Below are positions 54,013-64,000 of a stretch of DNA of 64,000 nt, in pieces; the first letter of the stretch is position 1; each line of letters opens with the position of its first letter. This stretch comes from Escherichia coli. GTDB lineage: Bacteria; Pseudomonadota; Gammaproteobacteria; Enterobacterales; Enterobacteriaceae. The stretch lies in NCBI RefSeq assembly GCF_030013205.1, contig NZ_CP122648.1. One strand, written 5' to 3'. Below the pieces are notes generated by a model. The model was not told the DNA's origin and did not search any database. It was given only the letters and a program-made list of their open reading frames with translations. The position numbers were made by a program, and so were the translations under genes.

Positions 54013-54208
54013 AGTCTGATTAATTTAATGTATTCAATAAGTTATGAATTAACTGTATTCTGAACGGTACAAAAATGATGGTCATTAACGTTCAGCAAAA
54101 AATGGATTCGACACCCGTGTCGCAGGGGAACGCGAGAATGTGATCTTGATCACGAGAAGTGAGGTGTGCTGGCCGCAAGCGCAGCCAGCACGGAATGGAG
54201 CAAAGTAA

Positions 54209-54679
54209 TCAGGCGTGTTCTTTCAGCCAGTTCAGCACAACGTCGTGGTGATTACTGGTTTTAAAATCGTCAAAGACATGTTCGATTTTGCCATCAGCGT
54301 CAATCAGGAAGCTGATGCGATGAATACCATCGTAGGTTTTGCCCATGAAGGACTTTTCACCCCAGACGCCGAATTGTTCGCACACCTGGTGGTCCTCATC
54401 AGACAGGAGCGTAAAGTTAAGCAGCTCTTTTTCCGCAAAACGGGAGAGTTTTTCAGGTTTATCGGTGCTGATACCCAGCACATCAACGCCCGCTTTTTTC
54501 AACTCATCCATGTTATCGCGTAAGCCGCAGGCCTGTACGGTACAGCCGGGGGTCATGGCTTTCGGGTAGAAATAAACCAGAACACGCTGTCCCTGGAAGT
54601 CGGTCAAATTAACTTGTTCTCCGTCTTGATCCGGCAAGCTAAATTTCGGTGCGATATCACCGGCTTTCAGTGGATTCAT
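54209..54679 (-). CDS. bcp: Thiol peroxidase (bacterioferritin comigratory protein)
   Basis: 156-aa ORF with peroxiredoxin motif PGCT. Confidence 0.9.
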   Translation of the reverse strand: MNPLKAGDIAPKFSLPDQDGEQVNLTDFQGQRVLVYFYPKAMTPGCTVQACGLRDNMDELKKAGVDVLGISTDKPEKLSRFAEKELLNFTLLSDEDHQVCEQFGVWGEKSFMGKTYDGIHRISFLIDADGKIEHVFDDFKTSNHHDVVLNWLKEHA

Positions 54680-55251
54680 TACTTAACTCCATCCTGTTCA
54701 TCATGTTGGGAATAATTGACGACGTTAATACTGCCTTGTGCATTGAGTTCTGTACATAGGGCTTTGAACGCTTGCTCAATATTTGCTGCGTCCGCAGATG
54801 CGGGGCTGTGGGCGGTTATCTGAATATGCAACTGCGCAGCCCGTTCATTTTCAGCAGGTTGCGTGCGCGACACCAGCTCCGCAATGTTCATATGATGCGC
54901 GTCGAAAAGTGCTGTGAAGCGTTCAATTAAATGCGGGGAGTCTGCCACATCGACCTGAACCCAGACAGATGCTGGCATTGGCGGACGCGGACGCGCCGTC
55001 GTGCGCTTCATCACGATTAAAAGATCCAGCTCGGCACCTTTCAACGGTAACGTTGATTCAATCAGAGTAATGGCATTCCATGAACCGGAAAGCAGCATGA
55101 TAAACGTGAACTCTTCTCCCAGCATCGCCAGGCGACTGTCTTCAATATTACAGCCGCAACTACTGACATGACGGGTGATGGTGTTCACAATTCCAGGGCG
55201 ATCGGCACCCAACGCAGTGATCACCAGATAATGTTGCGATGACAGTGTCAA
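54679..55251 (-). CDS. gcvR: Glycine cleavage system transcriptional repressor
   Basis: About 190-aa tandem ACT-domain protein; start internal to track ORF. Confidence 0.8.
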   Translation of the reverse strand: MTLSSQHYLVITALGADRPGIVNTITRHVSSCGCNIEDSRLAMLGEEFTFIMLLSGSWNAITLIESTLPLKGAELDLLIVMKRTTARPRPPMPASVWVQVDVADSPHLIERFTALFDAHHMNIAELVSRTQPAENERAAQLHIQITAHSPASADAANIEQAFKALCTELNAQGSINVVNYSQHDEQDGVK

Positions 55252-55396
55252 ACTGGTTATTCCTTTAAGGGGTGAGTTGTTCTTAAGGAAAGCATAAAAA
55301 AAACATGCATACAACAATCAGAACGGTTCTGTCTGCTTGCTTTTAATGCCATACCAAACGTACCATTGAGACACTTGTTTGCACAGAGGATGGCCC

Positions 55397-56275
55397 ATGT
55401 TCACGGGAAGTATTGTCGCGATTGTTACTCCGATGGATGAAAAAGGTAATGTCTGTCGGGCTAGCTTGAAAAAACTGATTGATTATCATGTCGCCAGCGG
55501 TACTTCGGCGATCGTTTCTGTTGGCACCACTGGCGAGTCCGCTACCTTAAATCATGACGAACATGCTGATGTGGTGATGATGACGCTGGAGCTGGCTGAC
55601 GGGCGCATTCCGGTGATTGCCGGGACCGGCGCTAACGCTACTGCGGAAGCCATTAGCCTGACGCAGCGCTTCAATGACAGTGGTATCGTCGGCTGCCTGA
55701 CGGTAACCCCTTACTACAATCGTCCGTCGCAAGAAGGTTTGTATCAGCATTTCAAAGCCATCGCTGAGCATACTGACCTGCCGCAAATTCTGTATAATGT
55801 GCCGTCCCGTACTGGCTGCGATCTGCTCCCGGAAACGGTGGGCCGTCTGGCGAAAGTAAAAAATATTATCGGAATCAAAGAGGCAACAGGGAACTTAACG
55901 CGTGTAAACCAGATCAAAGAGCTGGTTTCAGATGATTTTGTTCTGCTGAGCGGCGATGATGCGAGCGCGCTGGACTTCATGCAATTAGGCGGTCATGGGG
56001 TTATTTCCGTTACGGCTAACGTCGCAGCGCGTGATATGGCCCAGATGTGCAAACTGGCAGCAGAAGGGCATTTTGCCGAGGCACGCGTTATTAATCAGCG
56101 TCTGATGCCATTACACAACAAACTATTTGTCGAACCCAATCCAATCCCGGTGAAATGGGCATGTAAGGAACTGGGTCTTGTGGCGACCGATACGCTGCGC
56201 CTGCCAATGACACCAATCACCGACAGTGGTCGTGAGACGGTCAGAGCGGCGCTTAAGCATGCCGGTTTGCTGTAA
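55397..56275 (+). CDS. dapA: 4-hydroxy-tetrahydrodipicolinate synthase
   Basis: 292-aa product [18 protein letters not shown]... Confidence 0.9.
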   Translation: MFTGSIVAIVTPMDEKGNVCRASLKKLIDYHVASGTSAIVSVGTTGESATLNHDEHADVVMMTLELADGRIPVIAGTGANATAEAISLTQRFNDSGIVGCLTVTPYYNRPSQEGLYQHFKAIAEHTDLPQILYNVPSRTGCDLLPETVGRLAKVKNIIGIKEATGNLTRVNQIKELVSDDFVLLSGDDASALDFMQLGGHGVISVTANVAARDMAQMCKLAAEGHFAEARVINQRLMPLHNKLFVEPNPIPVKWACKELGLVATDTLRLPMTPITDSGRETVRAALKHAGLL

Positions 56276-56291
56276 AGTTTAGGGAGATTTG

Positions 56292-57326
56292 ATGGCTTAC
56301 TCTGTTCAAAAGTCGCGCCTGGCAAAGGTTGCGGGTGTTTCGCTTGTTTTATTACTCGCTGCCTGTAGTTCTGACTCACGCTATAAGCGTCAGGTCAGTG
56401 GTGATGAAGCCTACCTGGAAGCGGCACCGCTTGCGGAGCTTCATGCCCCGGCTGGAATGATTTTGCCGGTGACCTCCGGTGATTATGCAATCCCGGTGAC
56501 CAACGGTAGTGGTGCTGTCGGTAAGGCGCTGGACATTCGTCCACCAGCCCAGCCGCTGGCACTGGTTTCTGGCGCGCGTACCCAGTTCACGGGCGATACC
56601 GCTTCATTGCTGGTGGAAAATGGTCGTGGCAATACTCTGTGGCCGCAGGTGGTTAGCGTGCTGCAGGCGAAAAACTACACCATCACCCAACGTGATGATG
56701 CTGGTCAGACACTGACCACCGATTGGGTACAATGGAACCGTCTGGACGAAGACGAGCAGTATCGTGGTCGTTATCAAATCTCTGTTAAGCCGCAGGGTTA
56801 TCAGCAGGCGGTTACGGTTAAACTGCTGAACCTGGAACAGGCGGGCAAACCGGTTGCAGACGCGGCTTCCATGCAGCGTTACAGCACGGAGATGATGAAC
56901 GTTATTTCCGCCGGTCTGGATAAATCTGCCACTGACGCCGCGAACGCTGCGCAAAATCGTGCCTCCACCACTATGGACGTACAAAGTGCAGCTGATGACA
57001 CCGGTTTACCGATGCTGGTCGTACGCGGGCCGTTCAATGTGGTTTGGCAACGTCTGCCAGCGGCGCTGGAAAAAGTGGGCATGAAAGTGACCGACAGCAC
57101 CCGTTCGCAGGGCAACATGGCCGTAACTTACAAGCCGCTGTCTGACAGCGACTGGCAGGAACTGGGCGCGAGCGATCCAGGCCTGGCATCCGGTGACTAT
57201 AAACTGCAGGTTGGCGATTTAGATAACCGCAGCAGCCTACAGTTCATCGATCCGAAAGGTCATACTCTGACTCAGAGTCAGAACGACGCGCTGGTAGCTG
57301 TCTTCCAGGCTGCGTTTAGCAAGTAA
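56292..57326 (+). CDS. bamC: Outer membrane protein assembly factor BamC (NlpB) lipoprotein
   Basis: 344-aa ORF with lipobox LAACSS. Confidence 0.9.
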
Positions 57327-57344
57327 AAATACAGGGCTGGAGTC

Positions 57345-58065
57345 ATCCGGCCCTTTTTTTGTGCACAGAAAACCCCCAGCTAGGCTGGGGGTTCCGGAAA
57401 GCTTTCAGCTTTGAGCCAGTTATTAAAACCCCTTTTGATTTGTTAAAACACCTTGCGGTCTGGCAACTGCAAGTGTCAAACAAGAAATCAAAAGGGGGTC
57501 CCAATGGGGAACGAAAAGAGCTTAGCGCACACCCGATGGAACTGTAAATATCACATAGTTTTTGCGCCAAAATACCGAAGACAGGTGTTCTACAGAGAGA
57601 AGCGTAGAGCAATAGGCAGTATTTTGAGAAAGCTGTGTGAGTGGAAAAGCGTACGGATTCTGGAAGCTGAATGCTGTGCAGATCATATCCATATGCTTGT
57701 GGAGATCCCGCCCAAAATGAGCGTATCCGGGTTTATGGGATATCTGAAAGGGAAAAGCAGTCTGATGCTTTACGAGCAGTTTGGTGATTTGAAATTCAAA
57801 TACAGGAACAGGGAGTTCTGGTGCAGAGGGTACTACGTCGATACAGTGGGTAAGAACACGGCGAAGATACAGGATTACATAAAGCACCAGCTTGAAGAGG
57901 ATAAAATGGGAGAGCAGTTATCGATTCCCTATCCGGGCAGCCCGTTTACGGGCCGTAAGTAACGAAGTTGGATGCAAATGTCAGATCGTGTGCGCCTGTT
58001 AGGGCGCGGCTGGTAAGAGAGCCTTATAGGCGCATTTGAAAAACCTCCGGCTATGCCGGAGGATA
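57345..58065 (+). mobile_element. IS200-type insertion element (boundaries approximate) between bamC and purC
   Basis: Contains a 152-aa IS200 HUH transposase gene flanked by terminal hairpins (CCCCCAGC-TAG-GCTGGGGG near 57375; CCTCCGGC-TAT-GCCGGAGG near 58043); enlarges the intergenic region by about 0.7 kb. Confidence 0.6.
57504..57962 (+). CDS. tnpA: IS200 family HUH transposase TnpA
   Basis: MGNEKSLAHTRWNCKYHIVFAPKYRRQVFYREKRRAIGSIL...HIHMLVEIPPKMSVSGFMGYLKGKSS... with HxH motif and catalytic Tyr region. Confidence 0.85.
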   Translation: MGNEKSLAHTRWNCKYHIVFAPKYRRQVFYREKRRAIGSILRKLCEWKSVRILEAECCADHIHMLVEIPPKMSVSGFMGYLKGKSSLMLYEQFGDLKFKYRNREFWCRGYYVDTVGKNTAKIQDYIKHQLEEDKMGEQLSIPYPGSPFTGRK

Positions 58066-58081
58066 TTTATTCTGATATGAT

Positions 58082-58097
58082 ACGCAAACGTGTGCGT
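58082..58097. promoter_or_regulatory. PurR operator upstream of purC
   Basis: ACGCAAACGTGTGCGT, 15/16 to palindromic PurR box. Confidence 0.6.
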
Positions 58098-58143
58098 CGG
58101 CAGAAAAATGCGATTTTAGCGGTAATTCGCACAAAATTTGTTT

Positions 58144-58187
<44 letters not shown>

Positions 58188-58250
58188 ACATCCGGCACAC
58201 CAGACAGCAAAAGATTTTAAAACGTTAATTCACACCCAGGAGTGATAAAG

Positions 58251-58964
58251 ATGCAAAAGCAAGCTGAGTTGTATCGTGGTAAAGCGAAAACCGTATACAG
58301 CACGGAAAACCCGGACCTGTTGGTGCTCGAATTCCGCAATGATACGTCAGCAGGGGATGGCGCGCGCATTGAGCAGTTTGATCGCAAAGGTATGGTGAAC
58401 AACAAGTTCAACTACTCCATTATGAGCAAACTGGCTGAAGCGGGTATCCCGACTCAAATGGAGCGTCTGCTCTCCGATACCGAATGTCTGGTGAAAAAGC
58501 TGGATATGGTGCCGGTTGAGTGTGTCGTGCGTAACCGTGCTGCTGGATCTCTGGTGAAACGTCTTGGAATCGAAGAAGGTATTGAGCTGAACCCACCGCT
58601 GTTCGATCTGTTCCTGAAAAACGACGCCATGCACGATCCGATGGTCAACGAATCTTACTGCGAAACCTTTGGCTGGGTGAGCAAAGAGAACCTGGCGCGT
58701 ATGAAAGAGCTGACCTACAAAGCGAACGACGTGCTGAAAAAACTGTTCGATGATGCTGGTCTGATTTTGGTCGACTTTAAACTGGAGTTTGGCCTGTACA
58801 AAGGTGAAGTGGTACTGGGCGATGAGTTCTCCCCGGACGGCAGCCGCCTGTGGGACAAAGAAACGCTGGAGAAAATGGACAAAGACCGTTTCCGCCAGAG
58901 CCTCGGTGGCCTGATCGAGGCCTATGAAGCCGTCGCCCGCCGCCTGGGTGTACAGCTGGACTGA
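58251..58964 (+). CDS. purC: SAICAR synthetase
   Basis: 237-aa product [31 protein letters not shown]... Confidence 0.9.
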   Translation: MQKQAELYRGKAKTVYSTENPDLLVLEFRNDTSAGDGARIEQFDRKGMVNNKFNYSIMSKLAEAGIPTQMERLLSDTECLVKKLDMVPVECVVRNRAAGSLVKRLGIEEGIELNPPLFDLFLKNDAMHDPMVNESYCETFGWVSKENLARMKELTYKANDVLKKLFDDAGLILVDFKLEFGLYKGEVVLGDEFSPDGSRLWDKETLEKMDKDRFRQSLGGLIEAYEAVARRLGVQLD

Positions 58965-59131
58965 TTTTTCTGCTCATCATCTTGCCGTGCAGCTGGCACG
59001 GCAAGACAACCGCTCTCGGAAGATGTGCATTGAACGCTCATTCCTCCGCCATTTCATCCCGCTTTCCTGTGGTAATCTTCCTCTGAACCACCTACGATCA
59101 TTTCTATAATGAATATATTGTTGAGGTATCT

Positions 59132-59995
59132 ATGCGTTGGCAAGGGCGACGTGAAAGTGACAATGTTGAAGACAGGCGCAACAGCTCTGGTGGTCCGTCA
59201 ATGGGCGGTCCAGGTTTTCGCCTGCCAAGCGGTAAAGGCGGGCTGATTTTACTGATAGTCGTGCTGGTTGCAGGTTACTATGGCGTTGATTTAACCGGGT
59301 TGATGACCGGACAGCCGGTTTCCCAACAGCAATCAACACGGTCAATTAGTCCTAATGAAGACGAAGCCGCAAAATTCACTTCGGTGATTCTGGCAACCAC
59401 GGAAGACACCTGGGGACAGCAATTCGAGAAGATGGGTAAAACCTATCAGCAACCGAAGCTGGTCATGTACCGTGGAATGACGCGCACCGGCTGCGGGGCG
59501 GGCCAGTCCATTATGGGACCGTTCTATTGCCCGGCGGATGGCACGGTTTATATCGATCTCTCCTTCTATGATGACATGAAAGACAAACTTGGCGCGGATG
59601 GCGATTTTGCCCAGGGGTACGTTATCGCCCATGAAGTCGGTCATCATGTGCAGAAACTGTTAGGCATCGAGCCGAAAGTTCGTCAACTGCAACAAAACGC
59701 GACGCAGGCGGAAGTGAACCGCTTATCTGTGCGTATGGAACTCCAGGCCGACTGTTTTGCTGGTGTCTGGGGGCATAGTATGCAGCAGCAAGGCGTTCTG
59801 GAAACCGGCGATCTGGAAGAGGCGCTGAACGCGGCGCAGGCCATCGGCGATGACCGTTTACAACAGCAAAGTCAGGGGCGAGTAGTACCAGACAGTTTCA
59901 CTCATGGCACTTCTCAGCAACGCTACAGCTGGTTTAAACGTGGTTTCGACAGCGGCGATCCGGCACAATGCAATACTTTTGGTAAAAGCATTTAA
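59132..59995 (+). CDS. ypfJ: Putative zinc metallopeptidase-like protein YpfJ
   Basis: 287-aa ORF with N-terminal TM segment and HEVGHH motif. Confidence 0.8.
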
Positions 59996-60009
59996 CTTCC
60001 GGGGCAGGG

Positions 60010-62025
60010 ATGGCTGAACTAACTGCGCTTCACACATTAACAGCGCAAATGAAACGTGAAGGGATCCGCCGCTTGCTGGTGTTGAGCGGGGAAGAGGGTT
60101 GGTGTTTTGATCATGCGCTTAAGTTGCGTGATGCCTTACCTGGCGACTGGCTGTGGATTTCGCCGCAGCCAGATGCTGAAAACCACTGTTCACCCTCGGC
60201 GCTACAAACTTTACTTGGGCGCGAGTTCCGGCATGCGGTATTCGACGCCCGCCACGGCTTTGATGCCGCTGCCTTTGCGGCACTTAGCGGAACGTTGAAA
60301 GCGGGAAGTTGGCTGGTTTTGTTACTCCCTGTATGGGAAGAGTGGGAAAACCAACCTGATGCCGACTCGCTGCGCTGGAGTGATTGCCCTGACCCTATTG
60401 CGACGCCGCATTTTGTCCAGCATCTCAAACGCGTACTTACGGCGGATAACGACGCTATTCTCTGGCGGCAAAACCAGCCGTTCTCGTTGGCGCATTTTAC
60501 TCCCCGTACTGACTGGCACCCCGCGACCGGCGCACCACAACCAGAACAACAGCAACTCTTACAGCAGCTACTGACCATGCCGCCGGGCGTGGCAGCGGTA
60601 ACTGCTGCGCGTGGGCGCGGTAAATCGGCGTTGGCAGGGCAACTCATTTCTCGTATTGCGGGCAGTGCGATTGTCACCGCGCCCGCAAAAGCGGCAACGG
60701 ATGTACTGGCACAATTTGCGGGCGAGAAGTTTCGCTTTATTGCGCCGGATGCCTTGTTAGCCAGCGATGAGCAAGCCGACTGGCTGGTGGTCGATGAAGC
60801 CGCAGCTATACCTGCGCCGTTGTTGCATCAACTGGTATCGCGTTTTCCTCGAACGTTGTTAACCACTACGGTGCAGGGCTACGAAGGCACCGGACGTGGT
60901 TTTTTGCTGAAATTTTGCGCTCGCTTTCCGCATTTACACCGTTTTGAACTACAACAGCCGATCCGCTGGGCGCAGGGATGCCCGCTGGAAAAAATGGTTA
61001 GTGAGGCACTGGTGTTTGACGATGAAAACTTCACCCATACACCACAAGGCAATATCGTCATTGCCGCATTTGAACAGACGTTATGGCGAAGTGAGCCAGA
61101 AACGCCGTTAAAGGTTTATCAGCTATTGTCTGGTGCGCACTACCGGACCTCGCCGCTGGATTTACGCCGCATGATGGATGCACCAGGGCAACATTTTTTA
61201 CAGGCGGCTGGCGACAACGAGATTGCCGGGGCGCTGTGGCTGGTGGATGAGGGGGGATTATCTCAACAACTCAGTCAGGCGGTATGGGCGGGTTTTCGTC
61301 GCCCGCGGGGTAATCTGGTGGCTCAGTCGCTGGCGGCGCACGGCAGCAATCCTCTGGCGGCGACATTGCGCGGACGGCGGGTCAGCCGGATAGCAGTTCA
61401 TCCGGCTCGTCAGCGGGAAGGCACAGGGCGGCAACTTATTGCTGGTGCTTTGCAATATACGCGTGACCTCGACTATCTTTCGGTGAGTTTTGGTTACACC
61501 GGGGAGTTATGGCGTTTCTGGCAACGCTGCGGTTTTGTGCTGGTGCGAATGGGTAATCATCGTGAAGCCAGCAGCGGTTGCTATACGGCGATGGCGTTGT
61601 TACCGATGAGTGATGCGGGTAAACAGCTGGCTGAACGTGAGCATTACCGTTTACGTCGCGATGCGCAAGCTCTCGCGCAGTGGAATGGCGAAACGCTCCC
61701 TGTTGATCCACTAAACGATGCCGTCCTTTCTGACGACGACTGGCTTGAACTGGCCGGTTTTGCTTTCGCTCATCGTCCGCTATTAACGTCGTTAGGTTGC
61801 TTAATGCGTCTGTTACAAACCAGCGAACTGGCATTACCGGCGCTGCGTGGGCGTTTACAGAAAAACGCCAGTGACGCGCAGTTATGTACCACACTTAAAC
61901 TTTCAGGCCGTAAGCTGTTACTGGTCCGTCAACGCGAAGAAGCCGCGCAGGCGCTGTTCGCACTTAATTATGTTCGCACTGAGCGTCTGCGCGATCGCAT
62001 AACGCAATGGCAATTTTTTCACTGA
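60010..62025 (+). CDS. tmcA: tRNA(Met) cytidine acetyltransferase
   Basis: 671-aa ORF with helicase-like P-loop (GRGKSA) and GNAT domain. Confidence 0.85.
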   Translation: MAELTALHTLTAQMKREGIRRLLVLSGEEGWCFDHALKLRDALPGDWLWISPQPDAENHCSPSALQTLLGREFRHAVFDARHGFDAAAFAALSGTLKAGSWLVLLLPVWEEWENQPDADSLRWSDCPDPIATPHFVQHLKRVLTADNDAILWRQNQPFSLAHFTPRTDWHPATGAPQPEQQQLLQQLLTMPPGVAAVTAARGRGKSALAGQLISRIAGSAIVTAPAKAATDVLAQFAGEKFRFIAPDALLASDEQADWLVVDEAAAIPAPLLHQLVSRFPRTLLTTTVQGYEGTGRGFLLKFCARFPHLHRFELQQPIRWAQGCPLEKMVSEALVFDDENFTHTPQGNIVIAAFEQTLWRSEPETPLKVYQLLSGAHYRTSPLDLRRMMDAPGQHFLQAAGDNEIAGALWLVDEGGLSQQLSQAVWAGFRRPRGNLVAQSLAAHGSNPLAATLRGRRVSRIAVHPARQREGTGRQLIAGALQYTRDLDYLSVSFGYTGELWRFWQRCGFVLVRMGNHREASSGCYTAMALLPMSDAGKQLAEREHYRLRRDAQALAQWNGETLPVDPLNDAVLSDDDWLELAGFAFAHRPLLTSLGCLMRLLQTSELALPALRGRLQKNASDAQLCTTLKLSGRKLLLVRQREEAAQALFALNYVRTERLRDRITQWQFFH

Positions 62026-62098
62026 CTCCTTCAATTTTCTCCCATGGTCATTGTGAGTCAGCGGCGTAAAATTAATGACATCAGTTAAGGAGTTCGCC

Positions 62099-62797
62099 AT
62101 GAAACATGACCATTTTGTTGTTCAAAGCCCGGATAAACCTGCGCAACAGTTGTTACTGCTTTTCCACGGTGTCGGGGATAACCCGGTGGCAATGGGGGAA
62201 ATAGGTAGCTGGTTTGCACCGCTGTTTCCTGATGCGCTGGTGGTGAGTGTCGGTGGCGTGGAGCCGAGCGGTAATCCGGCGGGGCGTCAGTGGTTTTCGG
62301 TGCAGGGTATTACGGAAGATAATCGCCAGGCACGTGTGGATGCCATCATGCCGACGTTTATTGAAACGGTGCGCTACTGGCAGAAACAGAGCGGAGTAGG
62401 GGCTAACGCCACGGCGCTAATCGGTTTCTCACAAGGCGCGATTATGGCGCTGGAGAGCATTAAAGCCGAACCGGGCCTTGCTTCGCGCGTCATTGCCTTC
62501 AACGGACGCTACGCGAGCCTGCCGGAAACCGCGTCTACAGCCACGACAATTCACCTGATTCATGGCGGTGAAGATCCTGTTATCGATCTGGCGCATGCGG
62601 TTGCGGCGCAGGAAGCGTTAATCAGTGCCGGTGGTGATGTGACGCTGGATATCGTGGAGGATTTAGGCCATGCGATCGACAATCGCAGTATGCAATTTGC
62701 CCTGGATCACTTGCGTTATACCATTCCGAAACATTATTTCGACGAAGCGCTAAGTGGCGGTAAGCCTGGCGATGATGATGTGATTGAAATGATGTAA
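62099..62797 (+). CDS. ypfH: Esterase/carboxylesterase-family protein YpfH
   Basis: About 232-aa alpha/beta hydrolase with GFSQGA nucleophile motif. Confidence 0.8.
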   Translation: MKHDHFVVQSPDKPAQQLLLLFHGVGDNPVAMGEIGSWFAPLFPDALVVSVGGVEPSGNPAGRQWFSVQGITEDNRQARVDAIMPTFIETVRYWQKQSGVGANATALIGFSQGAIMALESIKAEPGLASRVIAFNGRYASLPETASTATTIHLIHGGEDPVIDLAHAVAAQEALISAGGDVTLDIVEDLGHAIDNRSMQFALDHLRYTIPKHYFDEALSGGKPGDDDVIEMM

Positions 62798-62801
62798 TAA
62801 T

Positions 62802-62876
62802 AGCCGGGTAGGCCTGATAAGACCGTATCAGGCATCATGGCCGGATGCGGCGTTAACGCCTTATCCGGCCACTCAG
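62802..62876. repeat. REP elements
   Basis: GCCTGATAAGACCGTATCAGGC and GGCCGGATGCGGCGTTAACGCCTTATCCGGCC palindromic units. Confidence 0.55.
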
Positions 62877-62877
62877 C

Positions 62878-63078
62878 TTACTTCTTCGGTTGATCCTTTT
62901 TCGGCCAGTCGTCGTCATCGTCCCACTTATCGTTGAAATCACGATGCGGGGGAAGCTCCGGCTTGTTGGCGAGAAATTTCTTATGGTCGACGCGCTTGAG
63001 ATCTTTAATCACGTTCAGCAGGACGCCTACCAAAAAGACAATCACCAGAATCCACCAATATTTAGCCAGCCAGTCCAT
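62878..63078 (-). CDS. ypfN: Small membrane protein YpfN
   Basis: About 66-aa product [23 protein letters not shown]... with acidic C-terminus. Confidence 0.7.
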
Positions 63079-63105
63079 GCTTATTTCCTCTTGCAGAACC
63101 ACTCA

Positions 63106-64000
63106 TCAGGCGACGAGCTGTTCCATGATACGTTGATACATACGGGCAAGTAGCTGCAGGTCGGCAGCGTTCACACATTCATTAATTTTATGAATAGTGG
63201 CATTGACCGGCCCGAGTTCCACCACCTGCGCCCCCATGCGGGCAATAAAGCGCCCGTCGGACGTTCCGCCTGTGGTCAGTAGCTGCGGTTTAATTTCATT
63301 ATAGTGCTCAACCGCGTTAACGACCGCATCCACCAGTTTACCTCGCGCGGTCAAAAATGGCTGCCCGGAAAGCCACCAATCCACCGTATAGCGCAGTTGA
63401 TGTTTTTCAAGCAGGGCAAGTACCTGCGCTTTGATCATCTCATCAGTCAGTTCGGTACTGAAGCGGAAGTTAAACTGCACAAACAGTTCACCCGGAATAA
63501 CGTTGTTACTGCCCGTTCCCGCCTGAATATTGGCAATCTGCATACTGGTCGCCGGGAAGAATTCATTGCCCTGATCCCACTCAATAGCCACTAATTCATT
63601 AAGGAAAGGTGCTGCGCGATGTACCGGATTGTCAGCCAGATGTGGGTAGGCAACATGCCCCTGCACGCCATGAATGGTGAGGTTGCAGGTTAACGATCCG
63701 CGACGACCATTTTTCACCACATCACCAACCACTTCGATACTCGACGGTTCGCCGACCAGGCAGTAATCGAGACGCTCATTACGCGCCATTAACGCTTCGA
63801 CGACTTTTACCGTACCGTTGTGGGCACTGGCTTCTTCATCAGAGGTGATTAGAAATGCCAGTCGACCTGCATGGTTGGGATGTTGTGCGACAAAGCGTTC
63901 TGCCGCTACCACCATCGCTGCCAGCGAGCCTTTCATATCTGCCGCACCGCGCCCGAATAACATACCGTCACGAATGGTGGGTTCAAACGGCGGATTGATC
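63106..64000 (-). CDS. dapE: Succinyl-diaminopimelate desuccinylase, C-terminal part (gene continues past window end)
   Basis: M20 peptidase family ORF running off the right edge. Confidence 0.85.
   Translation of the reverse strand, partial: INPPFEPTIRDGMLFGRGAADMKGSLAAMVVAAERFVAQHPNHAGRLAFLITSDEEASAHNGTVKVVEALMARNERLDYCLVGEPSSIEVVGDVVKNGRRGSLTCNLTIHGVQGHVAYPHLADNPVHRAAPFLNELVAIEWDQGNEFFPATSMQIANIQAGTGSNNVIPGELFVQFNFRFSTELTDEMIKAQVLALLEKHQLRYTVDWWLSGQPFLTARGKLVDAVVNAVEHYNEIKPQLLTTGGTSDGRFIARMGAQVVELGPVNATIHKINECVNAADLQLLARMYQRIMEQLVA

Overview
This window reads as an Escherichia/Shigella-type chromosomal segment covering the guaA-yfgI-pdeF-ppx-ppk-purMN-upp-uraA-hda-bepA-perM-focB-hyf-bcp-gcvR-dapA-bamC-purC-tmcA-dapE neighbourhood, in reverse orientation to the usual E. 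coli K-12 map. All calls are from reading the sequence and ORF translations; no database search was run. Positions 1 to about 23360 are the right-hand part of a defective, apparently short-tailed (podovirus-like) temperate prophage whose right junction sits on a short guaA 3' remnant. It carries a divergent cI/cro switch, lambda O-like and P-like replication genes with in-gene iterons, an internal-virion/ejection operon, an AT-rich moron cluster, an antirepressor region, a tailspike and a lysis cassette; terminase, portal and most of the capsid gene are absent. The most interesting signals are a 15-bp palindrome (TTACC-N5-GGTAA) at about ten intergenic sites including three in the cI-cro spacer, a near-consensus LexA box in front of a small antirepressor-domain paralog, and a structured terminator-containing leader upstream of the antirepressor gene. 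The host part carries IS1 inside yfgH, an IS200-like element between bamC and purC, and apparent inactivating lesions in pdeF, hyfD and focB. Several of the frameshifts sit in homopolymer runs and could be sequencing artefacts.
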